DNA of 64,000 nt from positions 1-64,000 of the forward strand of contig NMRA01000166.1 in assembly GCA_002633005.1 (NCBI GenBank). Reading direction: 5' to 3'. Position numbers and translations under genes: made by a program. Numbering within the stretch: position 1 is the first letter of the stretch; every line of letters begins with the position of its first letter. The stretch is from Phoronis australis. Its lineage: Eukaryota; Animalia; Phoronida. Below are positions 50,391-64,000 of this stretch, one piece after another. The notes beneath the pieces were generated by a model. It saw nothing but the letters and a program-made list of their open reading frames with translations, made no database searches and was not told the origin of the DNA.

Positions 50391-51829
50391 CGGTGACCAA
50401 CAAGTACACTGTCGCTATACAGTGTGTGTAGTTCGAAGATTCACCAACAGGACAGTCATCCAACAAGTGGAGAGTCCTAGCTTGGATAGCAGATAAGACA
50501 TTTGATTATTTTGGTTGATTGATTGAGGTAATCTTTAAAGAGGGCGCTAGTGTAGTTACTCTTCTTTGTAGTTGATTACTTAACTAACAACATGTTTCAC
50601 TTGTCTAATTAGAGCTTATCATGTAATAAATTAATTACTGGATTTGATTATTCACTTTCCATCTACGCACAATCTCAAAGCATAGCTACCTTTTAAACAA
50701 ACCCACAGTCAATCGTCTGACTCTCCGTGACCTGGAAAAAATTTAATACCGTTCTTTAACGTCAAAGTTGGAAGGTCTGACCTACACCTGATTTTCTGAA
50801 GCGTTTTTGAGTCGTTAATGCTGTAGAAGCATTTACTACGTAAGCCAACACTGCGTGTATTATCTTACTCACATGGAATACATTTGCCTGCGCGAAAGTA
50901 GTTCACTTCTATCGTTTTGCTCGGTAGACGGCGCTTTTGTAAACATGGTGACTCGCGATTTCTGATTTAGGCAGTAGGCCTATCGCGTTTCAGCATCAAT
51001 GTAAATGTTACTGAACAACTGTTGTAAATGCCTACTCAGATCAATTTCCAAACCGAGAATCTAACTGGGGCCAGTCATGTACGCCTGTACGGTTGTACTT
51101 GCATAAAAAGTGAGTGAAAAGGAGTCTGAAATGAAGGTAAATTAGGGATTTTCGACACATCATTGTGACTGTGGCCGCTTGGACTTCGACTTCAGAGTTC
51201 AGTCTTATCACACCTAACTACTTTGGAAACAAGTCGCATATAATGCTTCCTGATTTTGAGAATGACGCTATCGACATGTTGCAATATTAACTTCAGTGCA
51301 GGTTCACTAGTTATAGCTCACAGAGTCAGACTGTTAGTGTTAGCCAGATGGAACACACCAGCGACAGCAAATGTCTGGACTTGACCAGGCAAATACGTGT
51401 TGTTGGTCACTTTATACTTGGGAAAAATGGGAAACGAACAACAGGACAAGGACATGGTCGAAAAAAGTTGAGGAATGTAACAACTGAATAACATTCCTAT
51501 TATTCAGTGGATTAGACAGTGACCACCGTCTCAATCTGGCATTTCATTTTGTTCAAAACTCACACAGCTGCAGAAATCAGCAAGAATGGATGTCAGCAAT
51601 CTCATTGCTCAGTCTTAAGATCGACAGAAACATGTACTAATGGATTGATTCGCCATCTGTTTCTAAGAAGCCAACAGGAGCAAAAAGTTAGTTGACCATG
51701 GGCATTCAGTATCTGAGAATTATCAACAATCCAACCCTTTCTTGTCAAACATGTCTGAAGATTCAACCGAGCAAGTTGATCGGAAACTGTTTTTTAAAAT
51801 CAGTACATCTTTGGATGACCTTTGCAAGA

Positions 51830-52060
51830 CTTCAGGAAAAATGTGCTTAGACTTCCCATGAGGAACCTGGATGACAAGCCGCTTCTTTGGAAAATTGTAA
51901 AAGAAGTGGAAAATCGTCCACATGGGCTATCACTGCCGTTACTATGTGTCATTCACTACATATTGGTATGACTAAGAATGAATTCACTGTAGCCATAATG
52001 TATGGGATACATGTAGATGTTTGCCAAAAACCCTCAACTCTGTGCTGTACAGAGGCTATT
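51830..52060 (+). mobile_element. Possible tyrosine-recombinase (DIRS-like) remnant
   Basis: CHSLHIGMT...AIMYGI resembles the YR box-II motif 'HSLRIGxAT...A...G'. Highly decayed. Confidence 0.3.
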
Positions 52061-53435
52061 GACTGCTGCGTGCATTCGTCGTGCTAGCAATGGTGTATGT
52101 CTGAACATTTTTCATGGCAAGAGATGGATCACGTTTATAGCATATAATTGTTTTTAGCATATATGTCCCAAACTAGAGAATTTTTGCGTAATTAATTTTT
52201 TTAAATTCTTATGTAGTTATCTGTAAAACTGATGGATGACTGTTCTTGTTTATGAGAGGATCTGCTTTAAGAAAAAAGGTTGTAAAAGTGATGGCAATTT
52301 ATTGTTTAGCTTTTGATCTTAAGTGATGGTGTGGTAGTTTTCACCAGCTTTAAAAATGCCAGTGACAAAAGGTAGAAATCATAAGTGACAACAGATATCA
52401 ATAGCCCATTTCAGTTAGTGACTCTGAAGCAGATGATAATAGTGGCAGTACCCGTGTGGTTAAAGAGTCATGACATAATGCTTTCGATTTAAAAATCTTG
52501 AGGGACTCTGATATGTAAGCTACAAGTGTTTTTCTCACAAGAAATGATGTTTGTGTGTTGTCAAAATCAGTTGCATACTGAGTTAGCCACTGAATGATCT
52601 CAGTGCTTCATATGGTTAAGGGGGTTTTAATCAAAGAATAATATTTAATTTAATTGGATAGACTGATACATACCAAGGGAACTTGCGCCATGTGATAAAT
52701 GTTATTGTTTACCTGTGTTTTGAAAAAAATAACGTCAATGCATAATACAGGATTACTTTCACATAAACATTTAAAATGTTATAGATTTTGGATATCCTAT
52801 ATATAGTTAAGGTTAAGAATGCATGCCTACGTGATGTTCTCTGTACATTTGTTGCTTTGATAATACTATCAATGATAGTGTTACTCTTTCAAAAATCAAA
52901 AATTAAAGGGCAATTTTGACAGTAAAATTACCCATGAAAATCTTATTTTAATGATGTGGATTTCCGACTCTGTCCCAATTTTTGTACTTTAGAGTGACCT
53001 AAAAGGGCTGCTGGGTTCCTTGTTAATTCCAGGTTGTCATATCTCTTGGGAGGCATTTTTTATTTAGTGCACCTGCATTGAATAAATTTATGTTTTTGAT
53101 TATTTTTTGCAGCTTTTCAAGATTTCCGTAAAACTTCCAGGCTCAGATTTGGAAATTCCTGGTATTAGAAATGGCATAAAAATTGGTGCTGTGAAACCTG
53201 TTGTGATACGAATAGATGTTATTGAAAGTATTTTTTATCTGCATTAAACTCATCATTCTAACACAATGTGTCCTTCGTTGATTATCACAATTGCCACGTT
53301 GGAAGCTAATTCCTTGTTTTGGAAGCTAATTCCTTGTTTAGCAAGCGTTTCACACCATCACTTGTTGATGTCAGAGCCTCGGGGTTAGCATACATTACTT
53401 GATAATTTCCTTTAGTTATATCACTAATTGAAACA

Positions 53436-53750
53436 CATAGGCGCATTAAGGGGGGCAGGGGCTGCCGCAAGCAAAATGAAACAGCAACACCGCAACGCGT
53501 GAGGAAATATAACTAGGACCGGTACTGGAGAAGGGGAGGGGAGGGGGACTCAGACCCCAGATCGTGGCTGGCTCTCGTTCCCGTTTTTTATTTTTTCAAT
53601 TCTTTTTAGTTGATAGATTTCCCGAACAGAAGGTTCATACTCCGGGCCACCGCAACTTTCGGGACACCTGTACACATACAACCGTGCTCTGCTCAATCCC
53701 CAAAGGCAACATGTTGGGGCCCCCCTCTTCTGGTCCCAGATCTGCCACTG
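53436..53750. mobile_element. MITE of the 5-bp-TSD group
   Basis: CATAGGCGCATTAAGGG...CCCAGATCTGCCACTG flanked by AAACA/GAACA. Confidence 0.65.
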
Positions 53751-55032
53751 GAACAGTACTACAAAACGTCACCACTAGTTTCTTCATCATCAGTATCATC
53801 ATCACTAATGTCTTGCAAAAATGTTGCTATTCTGGTATTGTAATTAGTGCAAGGCAAAGATTCACTAAAGTTTGGTGAACTACAGGGCTAAAAGCAAACG
53901 AATTGCAGTTCAGTGTGGGAACGTCAATGCTGCAGTTAGTTGGCCTGTGCTTCTTCTGCTAGTTTTATTTCAATCGCACAGTGAAACTTTTATGTTCACT
54001 TAGTGATAACTAAACCGTTTCAATGATGTTTTTCGTTTTAAAATTGCTTCAATTATTAATACTACAGGTACTCCAATATCGTCCGCATTAGTCACGATTA
54101 TACTCGGGGATTCCATTGACAGGGAATTCCCCGGGTATGCATGACAAGGGAGATAAGTCTTTATTTTGATACGTAAACGAGTCGACAAATACGGATTTTC
54201 TCATTTACAAGGATTATAATTACCATTTTTAAGAACTTAGTCCTAACTGCTACAAAACTCATTCAAATTACTACAGTGAGGAAACGTTTTTCTGCGCTTT
54301 ATTTGGCGCGGATACGAACCGATATGATCTCGCGAGATCCAGCCTCATTACCCGTTTTTCGCGGTATTTTGTAAATGTGATGTGCCATGTGTGAAAGAGT
54401 AGTCGCCAACCGAGTAGAGCGACGTCTTTCGTAATATGGCTGTAGAAATGGTCCTTGGCAATGGAAATTAAGTTTTGCGGAAGTAAGAAAATTTTGACAC
54501 CGATTTGGTTGAACTAAATGCTTTAGTTTTGATTTCGTTTCATTGGAGAGCTGTGTTGGAAGAAATGTTATTTTAGCTAGAAAAGGTAACGGTGACATGG
54601 TGGGAGATGATATTCAGCCTCAGTTTTATTGACGATTACCGAGGCGATTGTTTGTTAATTTGGGAAGTGCTGTTAAACAGGACAGCCGTTCTACACTCAT
54701 ACGAGTGCATGATTGGTATACGACAATCGCATGACTGGTTCGAAAAGTTCAAATTACCTCGTAAGACGGTTGATACAGTGCCTTAAAGTGTAATTTGAAA
54801 GGTCCCGTATGTTAAATTGCAATAAAATCTTCAAGGTATTGCTATTTGGATGTATTTCATTGAAATTTTTTGTATCTTTAGTTATTTCAAAAAAGCGAAA
54901 ATAAAAAATCCGCGAAAAGTTGACCTTTGACACCGTGACATGGTGTTGGGAACACAATGCAGTTCACCGCCATTATAATCGCGTCTCGTCACACGACGAA
55001 CAAAGACCGTTCAATCTTGGCGTGTTTTAGCA

Positions 55033-55263
55033 ATGATGCATCGTTGTGTGCTAACACCATCCAGGTAGAAGGCGTGAGCCCATGTAAATTCCCAAAAGAC
55101 ACGCATCAGGCCGCGTAATGGTACGTTTCGTGTGCACTGCTAGTCTTCGGAAAATTACTGTCGAGTCAGCCATCTGTAGGAGCCGAAATATGCCCGACCA
55201 TTTCGAGGACGGCTGCTTCGACGACAAACACATCATGAAGGCTGAAGCTGGTCTTATGAAAAG
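55033..55263 (+). mobile_element. THAP-domain remnant followed by a splice donor
   Basis: Frameshifted CANTIQVEGVSPCKFPKD ... ICPDHFEDGCFD, then AG|GTAAGT. Confidence 0.6.
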
Positions 55264-56742
55264 GTAAGTTACCTTGATAATTTTGATGTCTAAGAATTTA
55301 TGACGGTTTCGCATTGCCTGAAGAAATAACGTTTTTTTCACAATCACCATCGTTCTCAATTGTTTAAAATGTGTTGTTTTTCTGTGAAAGATTTAGTTAT
55401 CAATAGATTAGTAAAACTAAGAACCACAGCAAATAAATATGATCTCAAAAGATGCATGTATTTTGAAAAAAACACAGACTATGAATAAAGTAATACACGA
55501 TGGTAACTTAATTCCAAGGTTTTGATTTGTAAAGTAATCTGCTTCAAAAAACAGCCGAGGATTAAAATCTAGCCATTATAGCGTTCTGTCGTTCAGTAAC
55601 TTTTCCAGGCGTGAGGGGTGCTGAACGTGCGATAACATCTGGCTCTTTTGTTAACTGCCCAGCTCACTTCTTTTGTCCCGTGTGATAACAAGCAGGCCAA
55701 TTATCTCCCAGGCTATTACCGAACGCGTATGAACACAGTCAAACCCAATGCGTTGGTAGTCTGTTTGGACAGAATAGATTGTCTTAACTTCTGTTGTAGT
55801 TGAGCAATTTTGGTGATACAAAAACGGAACATGATCAGCATTTGACGAGGAATTCAGAAATGCTATTGGTTTAAGCTCACTTATGTTATAACTTAACTTT
55901 CATTTTTATCAGCCCAGCCCAGTCAGGCTATATACGATCTGCTCGGGAATTAGAGCATTTATCGAACAAAAGAGCGCGGGTCTCCCAACCATAAATGCCA
56001 GAAAGGAGTTAATTAATAAGTCGTGTAAGATATTGGCTACGGGGGTAAACTTCCCAACTTGTTGTTGGGCTATAGAATCGAACAAGTTGGGAGCAACGGG
56101 ATGTCGCCGTCATGTCTGGCTTTTGCTTGAAGGTGAAAACTTGCAATTAGATATCGTCGTGTTTTACCGAGGGATTATTTTGCAATGAATGTAGGTTTCT
56201 TAAACATGGAATGTTGACTTAAAAGTTGTTAAGGTAATAATAATAATAATGACACATAAATATATTAAACATATTTTCAGAAAATATATGCTTTTACTAG
56301 TTGCAAAAGCTTATTTTTTGATATACGAGTTAGAATGGAGACCACTAAATAAGGTTTGAGATTATCTTAACTTCCAACCAAAGATATGCAAGTAACTGTC
56401 ATGCGATCGAAAACTTGTTGATCATCGGAATAGCTGTGGGGTATCGTTCGGAAACCACTAAAGTAACATTTGAAAACTGAATTTGTCAGACCCAGGGTGA
56501 TAAAGAAATGCATGTCTAAGCCCAAAAAGTGGATGAAACAAATTAAACTGAAATTTTATTATGACTGATGCGGTAAGTGTACTGATATGTGTACAGCTAC
56601 CGCATATACGCACAGGTACGACAGCAGCACATCTGTCGTTTCTAATTATTACCGCAACACGATGAATGCGGCAGGAGTTACAGCCTCTATGAGCACTGAG
56701 TAAAAACTAGACCACCTCGTGCACGTATAACTCGAATGTTAA

Positions 56743-57692
56743 ACAGTACACACCATGGATTTTTGCACATTTCGAATTACCGGTGGCCACAGACTAAATG
56801 TATGACGTAAAATTTAGCCAAATCCATGATTATTTTGTGTCATTAGCTCGAAATTTTGATTTCTCTTTCAATTTTGCCAATTTTCACATTTCCCGCCATG
56901 TGACATCATGGGTTGAACACAAGAGATCAGCGACTAGCATTGAATAACGGCGGAGAGTAGGGAATTTGAAAGCGACAACGATTATGAGCAAGAAATGAAC
57001 AAATACTATGAAGAAACGTACGAGAATGGTGGCCAGGATGACGAAATGGGGTTGCACGAAAGCGAGAACGAGTTTGATATGTTTTCAGCTGCGTACTTTT
57101 CTATTTTGAGGCCTTACGAACTGGATCCTCCCGCTAGAGAAGCGGCCTCGGGCTCGGCCAGTCAACCCAGTCATCCAACAGACGATCCTGAATAAAGAGC
57201 CGATGTTTCTGAATAGTAAATATTGTCCTTTATTGAACCAGGCCTTCATCGTAACATCTCCTCTGATTGGAGTAGTGTTTCGACAGAACACAGAGTGGCT
57301 CCGGACAGAATCGCTTGGTCCACGCTGAAGTCCCACACTCTCGTTCGGCGCACGAAGCGATGCCACTACTGCGCAACTTTGGCGTCCTTCGGAACACCGA
57401 GACGTTCTCCGTCTGACTGCTGTTGCTGCAGCCTCCGCAAACACATCTTTTCATCCCTCTACGAACCTTCTCGACGCTAAATATACTTTACTTTCACTTC
57501 ACTCTATACACTTAGTTGCTGATCCGAACAGTGTGCCGAACGACTTGGGTTCAACCCATGACGTTGTACATAATTGTTATTTTTTTCAATTTTTACGTGT
57601 TTCTTTATGAGCTGTGCACTAAAGGCACTGAAATCAAGTAAGATATAATAATAAAATTTATTTTGAGGTACTAGAGTCATGTTACGTACACT
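56743..57692. mobile_element. Kolobok-like non-autonomous element with KolX-like (+) and THAP (-) remnants
   Basis: TTAA flanks and a weak TIR; internal inverted pair tcatgggttgaac.caag (56906 / 57544-57561). The - strand reads MKRCVCGGCSNS...VSVFR (THAP start). The + strand has an acidic ORF with RPYELDPPA. Confidence 0.65.
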
Positions 57693-60600
57693 TTAAGCAG
57701 CTGTGTGCTAAGGGCTGAGTAATCGGTGCAAAATTCTGGATCGACTCGGTAAAATGTCATACGATTGCGTAAATGGGTCAACCAGGGTAGAGTTTCTTAG
57801 ACGCGAGGATTTCGCTCAGTAATCTAGTGTGTATTCACATGCTTCCCTTGTAATACATAGTAATATCACGTATGGTCTTGTATTTTCGCGAAAGTTGTCG
57901 CCCGCACGAAACGCACGCCTGGAAATAACTTATATTTAACAGATACGCCACGGTCACAGCGACGATAGATGACGTGCACAGTTGACACAACACCTGCTGA
58001 ATCACCGTATGTTTAACATTTTTTGACTTGCACAGGTGTTGCGGGTCATATGACACGGTGAACAACGAAGCAACTGCAAGCACGGAAATACAAACATAGG
58101 TAAGAGAATTTATCTTTAGTTATCACCGAAGATGAGAAAACACTGACAAATACCAATCACGGTGTGCTAAGGATTCAAGAGAGGGGGCTGTTTTAAATAC
58201 AATAAAAGAGCCTAAGCGGACTACCAGTAACGCTTATGGCAATGTGGAATGGCGAACGCATATGGAGTCGATTTTCAACAGTTGAGTACTTAATTGCTTA
58301 TGTTACATTTATCACCGAAGATCACGTCATGTGTGGAAGTGGTTCCGTGCACGAAGGCAATCTTGTAGACTAGTTTGTAAACTGAACACTCATCGTGGCA
58401 TTGGTTTGGACGTACGAGCTCACATATTTTCTGCTTTACACGACAAACAGAGCACACCTTTGTACACGTAATGTGTAGTGTGCTTTAGTGTATGCTATAG
58501 TTTACAAGTAGGTCTCCATACGTTGATTTGTTTTTCTCGTGAGCAGAATCCTTCGTCAGATTCTAGTAGAAAAAGGTCCCTCCCCCGTGCATCCCCTGAC
58601 ATTAAACTTCAAAATTGCATGTTGCAAAGGAAATTGGGTGAGGCAATGGAATTTGTGTTTAACCAGTCAAAAAATTTCACACGTATGCTTTGCATGCAAA
58701 TGTGTCGTTATTTTGCAATAACTTACTGTCGGACTATTCCATAAAAAAACGTTAAGTGTCTTTATCTATATTTTGAGGGTACAGCAACGCAATTTAATCA
58801 TTGTTAAGCAGTTAATTGTATCAATTATGTACTAGACTACAGAGTAATGGTTCTTAATTGAGGGATCGCTTACAAAACACGGTCAAATTTGGACATTTTC
58901 CATAATCTTAAATAATTTTGTCACCATTAAGTTCCACCATTTCATGTCACTTTCGTCACTTTACGTGAAATTTTCACAAAATAATGGCCGTTCTTTCCTC
59001 TTCGTCCACTTCACAAATACCTCCCAGCAGAAGATCAGTCGAGGAGTTGGCTAAAATAGGACCACGTGACACTCCTTTATCATTCCCCATCATCTACACT
59101 TTTCGTAACAAGGTTTTTACGTTTAGCACTGAAGCGTCAAAGGGTTCTTAAACGAGTACTGCGCATTGAAATGTGATTATTCAACGCGCACTTTAACGCG
59201 TGGTATTAGATATCCAACGCCCTGAGATGGTTCTTTTAAGAACAAAAATATCTTTCTGTACTTAATCAACGCACAGAATTGCATGTTCAACGAGCACTAT
59301 TGCTTATTCAGCGCGTGCTTTTAATCACGTTAGATATCCAACCAAGACCGTGCTCTCAAACCCCAATGGCGGAAGACTTTCTAAGATTGTTCAAGTGAGC
59401 ACATAAATGATAGCGCCGTTAACTTTGGACTGACTGTTTTAAAACTTGTCTTTGATTGGACATAACGAATAACTAATTCAGGTCTTTGAACATGGAATAC
59501 CACGCGTCGATTAAGAAATACTGCACGTTGACTAAGAGCAGAAAGCATAAACGTTTAAAAACCAATTAGCTGTAACCCGTGCTTGGCACGAGTAAGGTAG
59601 TGTACGGGAATCAGTTATGACTGTGTTTATGCCAGACATGGGAGTTTTCCTGAGAAACAAAAATATCATGTAAAAATGTGCTGTTATCGATGCTTTTTTA
59701 AATATCATTTGGTATTGTAAACAATTTTGTGTTCTGAAACAACGCATTTCATTTTTTTTCCTTGAACGTCATTTCGCCGTATACAAATGTGATGGTGATG
59801 ATACCACTACGTACATAATGTAATATGTCTTTACTAACGTGCCTCATCGACGGAACTTCGTAATTTCAACCTTCAATTCAAGCAAATTTGACAACAAAAA
59901 TATAAGAAATCTAATAGTTTACGAAAAGTGCATATCTATCGGAAGCGACTTAAAATACGAATTCTAATTTGTAATATTTCATTTGAAAGGTGTTTCCCAA
60001 CTTTCAGCCAGTGGGAATTACTAAATGTTATGACGTCAGTTTCATTCCTTTAACCAATGAGAAGCCATGTTGTTAAACAACATACGACAGTGCTGCCTAA
60101 CCAGTGAAAGAATGTAAGTGTTCGCAGACAGAAAAGTCCAATTCCCTTCGGACCAGCAAAGTAAATAATAAGTTGTTATTCTGTACCAGTCCACTGAAAC
60201 AAAGGATTACTGTCGGCACCAGTTTCGAAATATTCCTTCAAGTTCATTAATGACCGCCATCTCGGTTGCCTGCCGAGGTAAACACCTGACATGATGGGGA
60301 CACCCCGAACACTTGTTTACAATTGAACTTGAACCCAAAATGCAAAAATGTGGTGATCTACTGTTTATGACCATAATATTCCTCAGCAGGACTGAGTCCA
60401 CAAAGAGCCTGACGCGGCAAATACCATAAGTAATGATTAAACGGGAAAACAAAACTTTTGAACACTTTACTCAGTGGGCTACTACAAAGATAAAGCCCCG
60501 GTGTGACAGTGCCCGGGCCTAGTTCCATTTATGCAAAAAAATGGACCTATCTGTGGCACTGAGCTAAAATTGGAATAAAGGTGGAGGTCTTGGCCGCTTA

Positions 60601-60770
60601 CCTCTAATAGAAGAGTACTTTTAACAGGAGGAATATCTGAAGAACACCATCAGCCGATTTCATAAAGGTGGTTTAACGAAACCAGGTTTAAGACTTAAAC
60701 CTGGTCTTCCTAAACCTGGTCTAATTTTAGACTTGACTTACATTTCACAAACATAGTTTAAGAGTTTGAA

Positions 60771-60918
60771 AGCCTGGCGTGTGTTCAGTAGACGCTAGGA
60801 CCTAGCTAAAACCTAGTCAAAGTCACGTGTTCTTATTTAAAATACACGGCAATTTCTAACGTAATCTCGCGAAGTCTTGCTTTTTAGCGAGGTCCTAGCG
60901 TTACTGAACGGGAGGCTG
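60771..60918. mobile_element. AGCCT...AGGCT MITE, copy 2
   Basis: Reverse complement of 9139-9297. Absent from the sister host element at ~63945. Confidence 0.75.
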
Positions 60919-61424
60919 GTTTTGCTATACCAGGGAGCTGGTTCATTAAAACCAGGGTTAAAGTATTAAAGGCACCACACTGTGTCGAGCTGGGTAAACC
61001 CAACAAAGAAACTATTGAAGTACTTCAATGAAACCTTGATCACGTTGGGTGTAGAATGGCATACACTAGTAGAAACAATTCAGGCATTTACGAAAAAGGT
61101 CCCTAAAGCTTTTCTCATGAGGAAAAATGTAATTTCTGTGCCCAACACACACACATTGAAGAACATGCTCACGATTAGATGTAACATGATAAATGCCCAA
61201 ATTTATTTCAGTGTCATTAAGTGTTAATTTTTCGCGACCAAAGAGGGGGCAAGACCCCTTCCCGGCAACATTAAATCGGAGAACAGTGGAGGTGGAACTC
61301 AGTCAGAAGAATCAGAAGATGCTGTCTTAAGTCAATTCCGTAGCGCTTACGACGATGACGCCCAGCTCGACCAGCTGTATTCTGAAGAATCCGCAGGACA
61401 CACTCCAGCATGTACTGGTCTACG

Positions 61425-61581
61425 CATAGGCAGATCCAGGGGGGTCAAGGGTTCCGGAGCCCAGTTTTTTCCCTGGATTTTAGTGATACCAAATCTATAA
61501 TTTTCAAACTGTTGACTTGAGCCCCCCTTTCAAAAAGTCCTTGACCGCTCCCCCCCCTTAAAAATCCTGGATCCGCCCCTG
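61425..61581. mobile_element. MITE with 5-bp TSD
   Basis: CATAGGCAGATCCAGG...CCTGGATCCGCCCCTG flanked by CTACG/CTACG. Confidence 0.85.
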
Positions 61582-62924
61582 CTACGTTTGATCTTGCGTC
61601 GTAGTAAAGCTAAATATTGAAAACAGTCCATTTTCGCTCTAAAACTGGGTCGCAAACGCCATCCACGGCATCATTCAGTTGTACCCTTACCATGCAAGTC
61701 TGACATATTTAACAGTTAAACCTGGATCTGACCAAGTCTAAAGTTAAACATGGTTTAAGATCTTAATACAGGTCTAAAGAATATAGACCTCATTGGTGAA
61801 ATGAAAATTGACTTAGACCAGGTCTAAACTGGTGTTAAACCAGGTTTTACTAGACCACTGGTCTAAGAGTTAAACCACCTTTATGAAATGCAGCTTATCT
61901 TTAAACCTGGTCTAAGTCCAGTTTAAACCAGGTTTAACTTTAAACCACGTTTGTGGAGTCGGCTGCAACAGTCTAGTCATTGTAGTTTTGAAATATCTGA
62001 ATGGACGCGATTGCTGCACTCTGTACTCGTACGCGGCGACGAACAGGTACGCGTAAAATACCAAGGTCGCGCATTTGCTTTACTCGTTTCGAAAAAATAT
62101 TTCACGTTAACGTCGTTTCTTTGAATTCTCTCACCGCCGCCTATTGAACACGCATCCCAATAGGCGTAAACGATAAACGTAGGCGGCGGATGAAGGCCCC
62201 GAACAGTACTGAGGGTGGCTTGGAGAAAGAAGCGCGTTCGTTGGATCGAGATCAGCGGACTGAAGCCACGACTTGTTAAAAAAAGGAGAAAAAAAAACGC
62301 GCCAAAGCTTTGCAGCCACAAAACTTGACGCTTTACCGCCATGGGAACTAAAGGAAAGGACGCGTCTGGTGGGGGCGAGTGTCCAGGCGGCCACTTCAGA
62401 ATTTTTCTTGTACGATGGACGGGAATCCAACATTGGGGGCTCGTTATTGTGAATTATATATTGGAATTAGCGCGTTGAATAACTAATTTAGCGCGTTGAT
62501 TAAGCAATATTACGCGTTGGTTAAGCAAAAGTCCCCGTTGAATAACACATTTGGACGCGCAGAAAGGTCGCGAAAGCTCGTCCTTTTAACAATCTCTACT
62601 ACAGGTTTATTCACTTTCCCTTGTGAGGGAATTTCCAGGAAAAAATAAAGAAATCACGATTTTTGATATACGCTCGAAAGAAATACTCTGTAGTCACTAC
62701 TTATGATAAATGCGCGCATTCGCTTAAATTCATTCGATGAACGGCTGACTGACAAGCAATTCTCAAAGAATAATTCCAAGTGCATTTTAGAATGTATTTG
62801 AATACTACGATAATTTTTTAACTAATTTTAAGCAGTTAGAATTTACACCAGTTGCCTCTTAATCTAATTGGCTGCTGGTAAAGTCCCCGTGTTTTGTTTT
62901 CACCAAAGATCAAAGTTCACATTT

Positions 62925-63800
62925 TGCTGTTTCTTAAAAACAGGCTAAGGCCGAAAGTTAGACGATCTGTCTACCACTCGAAGTCAAAAGACAGAAATCC
63001 TTTGCTCAACAAAACGTTTCGAGAAATTCAAAAGACAAAAAGTCAATTTTCGGCTATTCGTAGTCACATTTCTGACTTTTGGCTAAAGGCAAAAGCCAGT
63101 AGTCAATTGCCGCTTCAATAAACAGGTCCATAGTGAAAGTGTAGTACAGCTGATGTTGAGTTTGATGTTTTTGACAAAATATGCATGATCCAGTGACAGT
63201 TGCTTGTTTATGCAGTGACAGACTTGGGGCTAAACATACATATATATATATCATGTCTTGATTTTGTTGACTAGTAGGCTTTAATACAATAAGTGGCCAT
63301 GGGTTTGCTGTTTTTTGTCTTTCGCCTAAAAGTCAGTCTACGGATGGCTTAGCCTGTTTTACGAAATCAGGCTACTAGTTAGACTAAAATTCAAAAAAAT
63401 CTGTCTACAACTTGAAGCCAAAAAACTCGGGAGCAGACTAAAACCCAAAGTCAAAACACAAAGTCGACTTTTGGCTTTTGTCTTTAGAAAGAAGTCAGAA
63501 ATCTAACTCAGTGTAAAGCGCCAAAAGTTGATTTTTGGTCTTTTAAAAGCGTTTCTCGAAACGTTTTGTCTTCTCGGCCCGTTTCTCGAAGAGATTTTTG
63601 TCTGTTGTGTTTTGACTACGAATAGGCAAAAGTTGATTTTTTGGTCTTGTCTTTTTCTTTTCTCAAAAGGTTTTGCCTTGTGTATATTTAAGCAGCTGTG
63701 GATTTATGTTTTTGACTTCGAGTTGTAGACAGATTGTGTGACCGTCAACCTCATCCTGTTTTCGTAAAACAGGCTAAGTCGTACGTAGACTCATTTTTTG
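62925..63800. repeat. Foldback-like region of nested inverted repeats
   Basis: Palindromes (TAG)CCTGTTTT.CG.AAA.CAGGCTA at ~62930, 63350 and 63755. The motif tctgtctac.actcgaagtcaaaa occurs at 62966 and 63400, and inverted at 63710-63733. Confidence 0.65.
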
Positions 63801-63819
63801 CTGAAAGGTGAACGCCCAT

Positions 63820-64000
63820 ACAGCCGATTTCATATTTTAAAGGTGGTTTAACAAAACCAGGTTTAAGACTTATACCTGATCTTCCTAAACCTGGTCTAAT
63901 TTTAGACCTAACTTGCATTTCACCAATGTGGTTTAAAAGTCTGAAAGCCTGGTTTTGTTCGACCTGGGAGTCGGTTTAGTAAAATCAGGTTTTAAGTATC
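63820..64000. mobile_element. Second copy of the CAGCCGATTTCATA element, runs off the window
   Basis: Matches 60650-60770 and 60918-60966. Confidence 0.7.

Larger units (their letters stand above)
60650..61965. mobile_element. TIR element with AAACC(A/T)GGTTT repeat arrays and nested MITEs
   Basis: CAGCCGATTTCATAAAGGTGGTTT ... AAACCACGTTTGTGGAGTCGGCTG. A second copy starts at 63820. Confidence 0.7.

Overview
AT-rich eukaryotic (animal, most likely marine invertebrate) draft-assembly DNA with two long N-gaps. No prokaryotic features, CRISPR array or rRNA were seen. Host genes: (1) the last four coding exons of an intron-containing GH9 endo-beta-1,4-glucanase on + (2952-22839). Its GT-AG phases join without stops and the catalytic Glu motif is intact, but the usual HHR motif reads HHP. 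(2) An intronless 264-aa secreted precursor on - (46332-47126) with a signal peptide and three 48-aa (144-bp) repeats. Each repeat is a ~35-aa C-x5-C-x5-C-x5-C peptide flanked by KK/KKR sites, and some carry a Gly amidation signal. A convergent paralog 10 kb away on + (36273-36798) has lost its ATG and carries a frameshift. I cannot assign this peptide family to anything known; it is the best candidate for an undescribed system. The rest is dense transposon debris: many MITEs with 5-bp TSDs (one family carrying a tRNA-like Pol III promoter), a CAC...GTG element with a 5-bp TSD and zinc-finger remnants, TTAA-flanked Kolobok-like elements with THAP/KolX-like remnants, an IS3EU-like MITE, an Academ-like XPG pseudogene, LINE 3' fragments and an (AAT)n microsatellite. 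All calls are by eye; no database searches were run.
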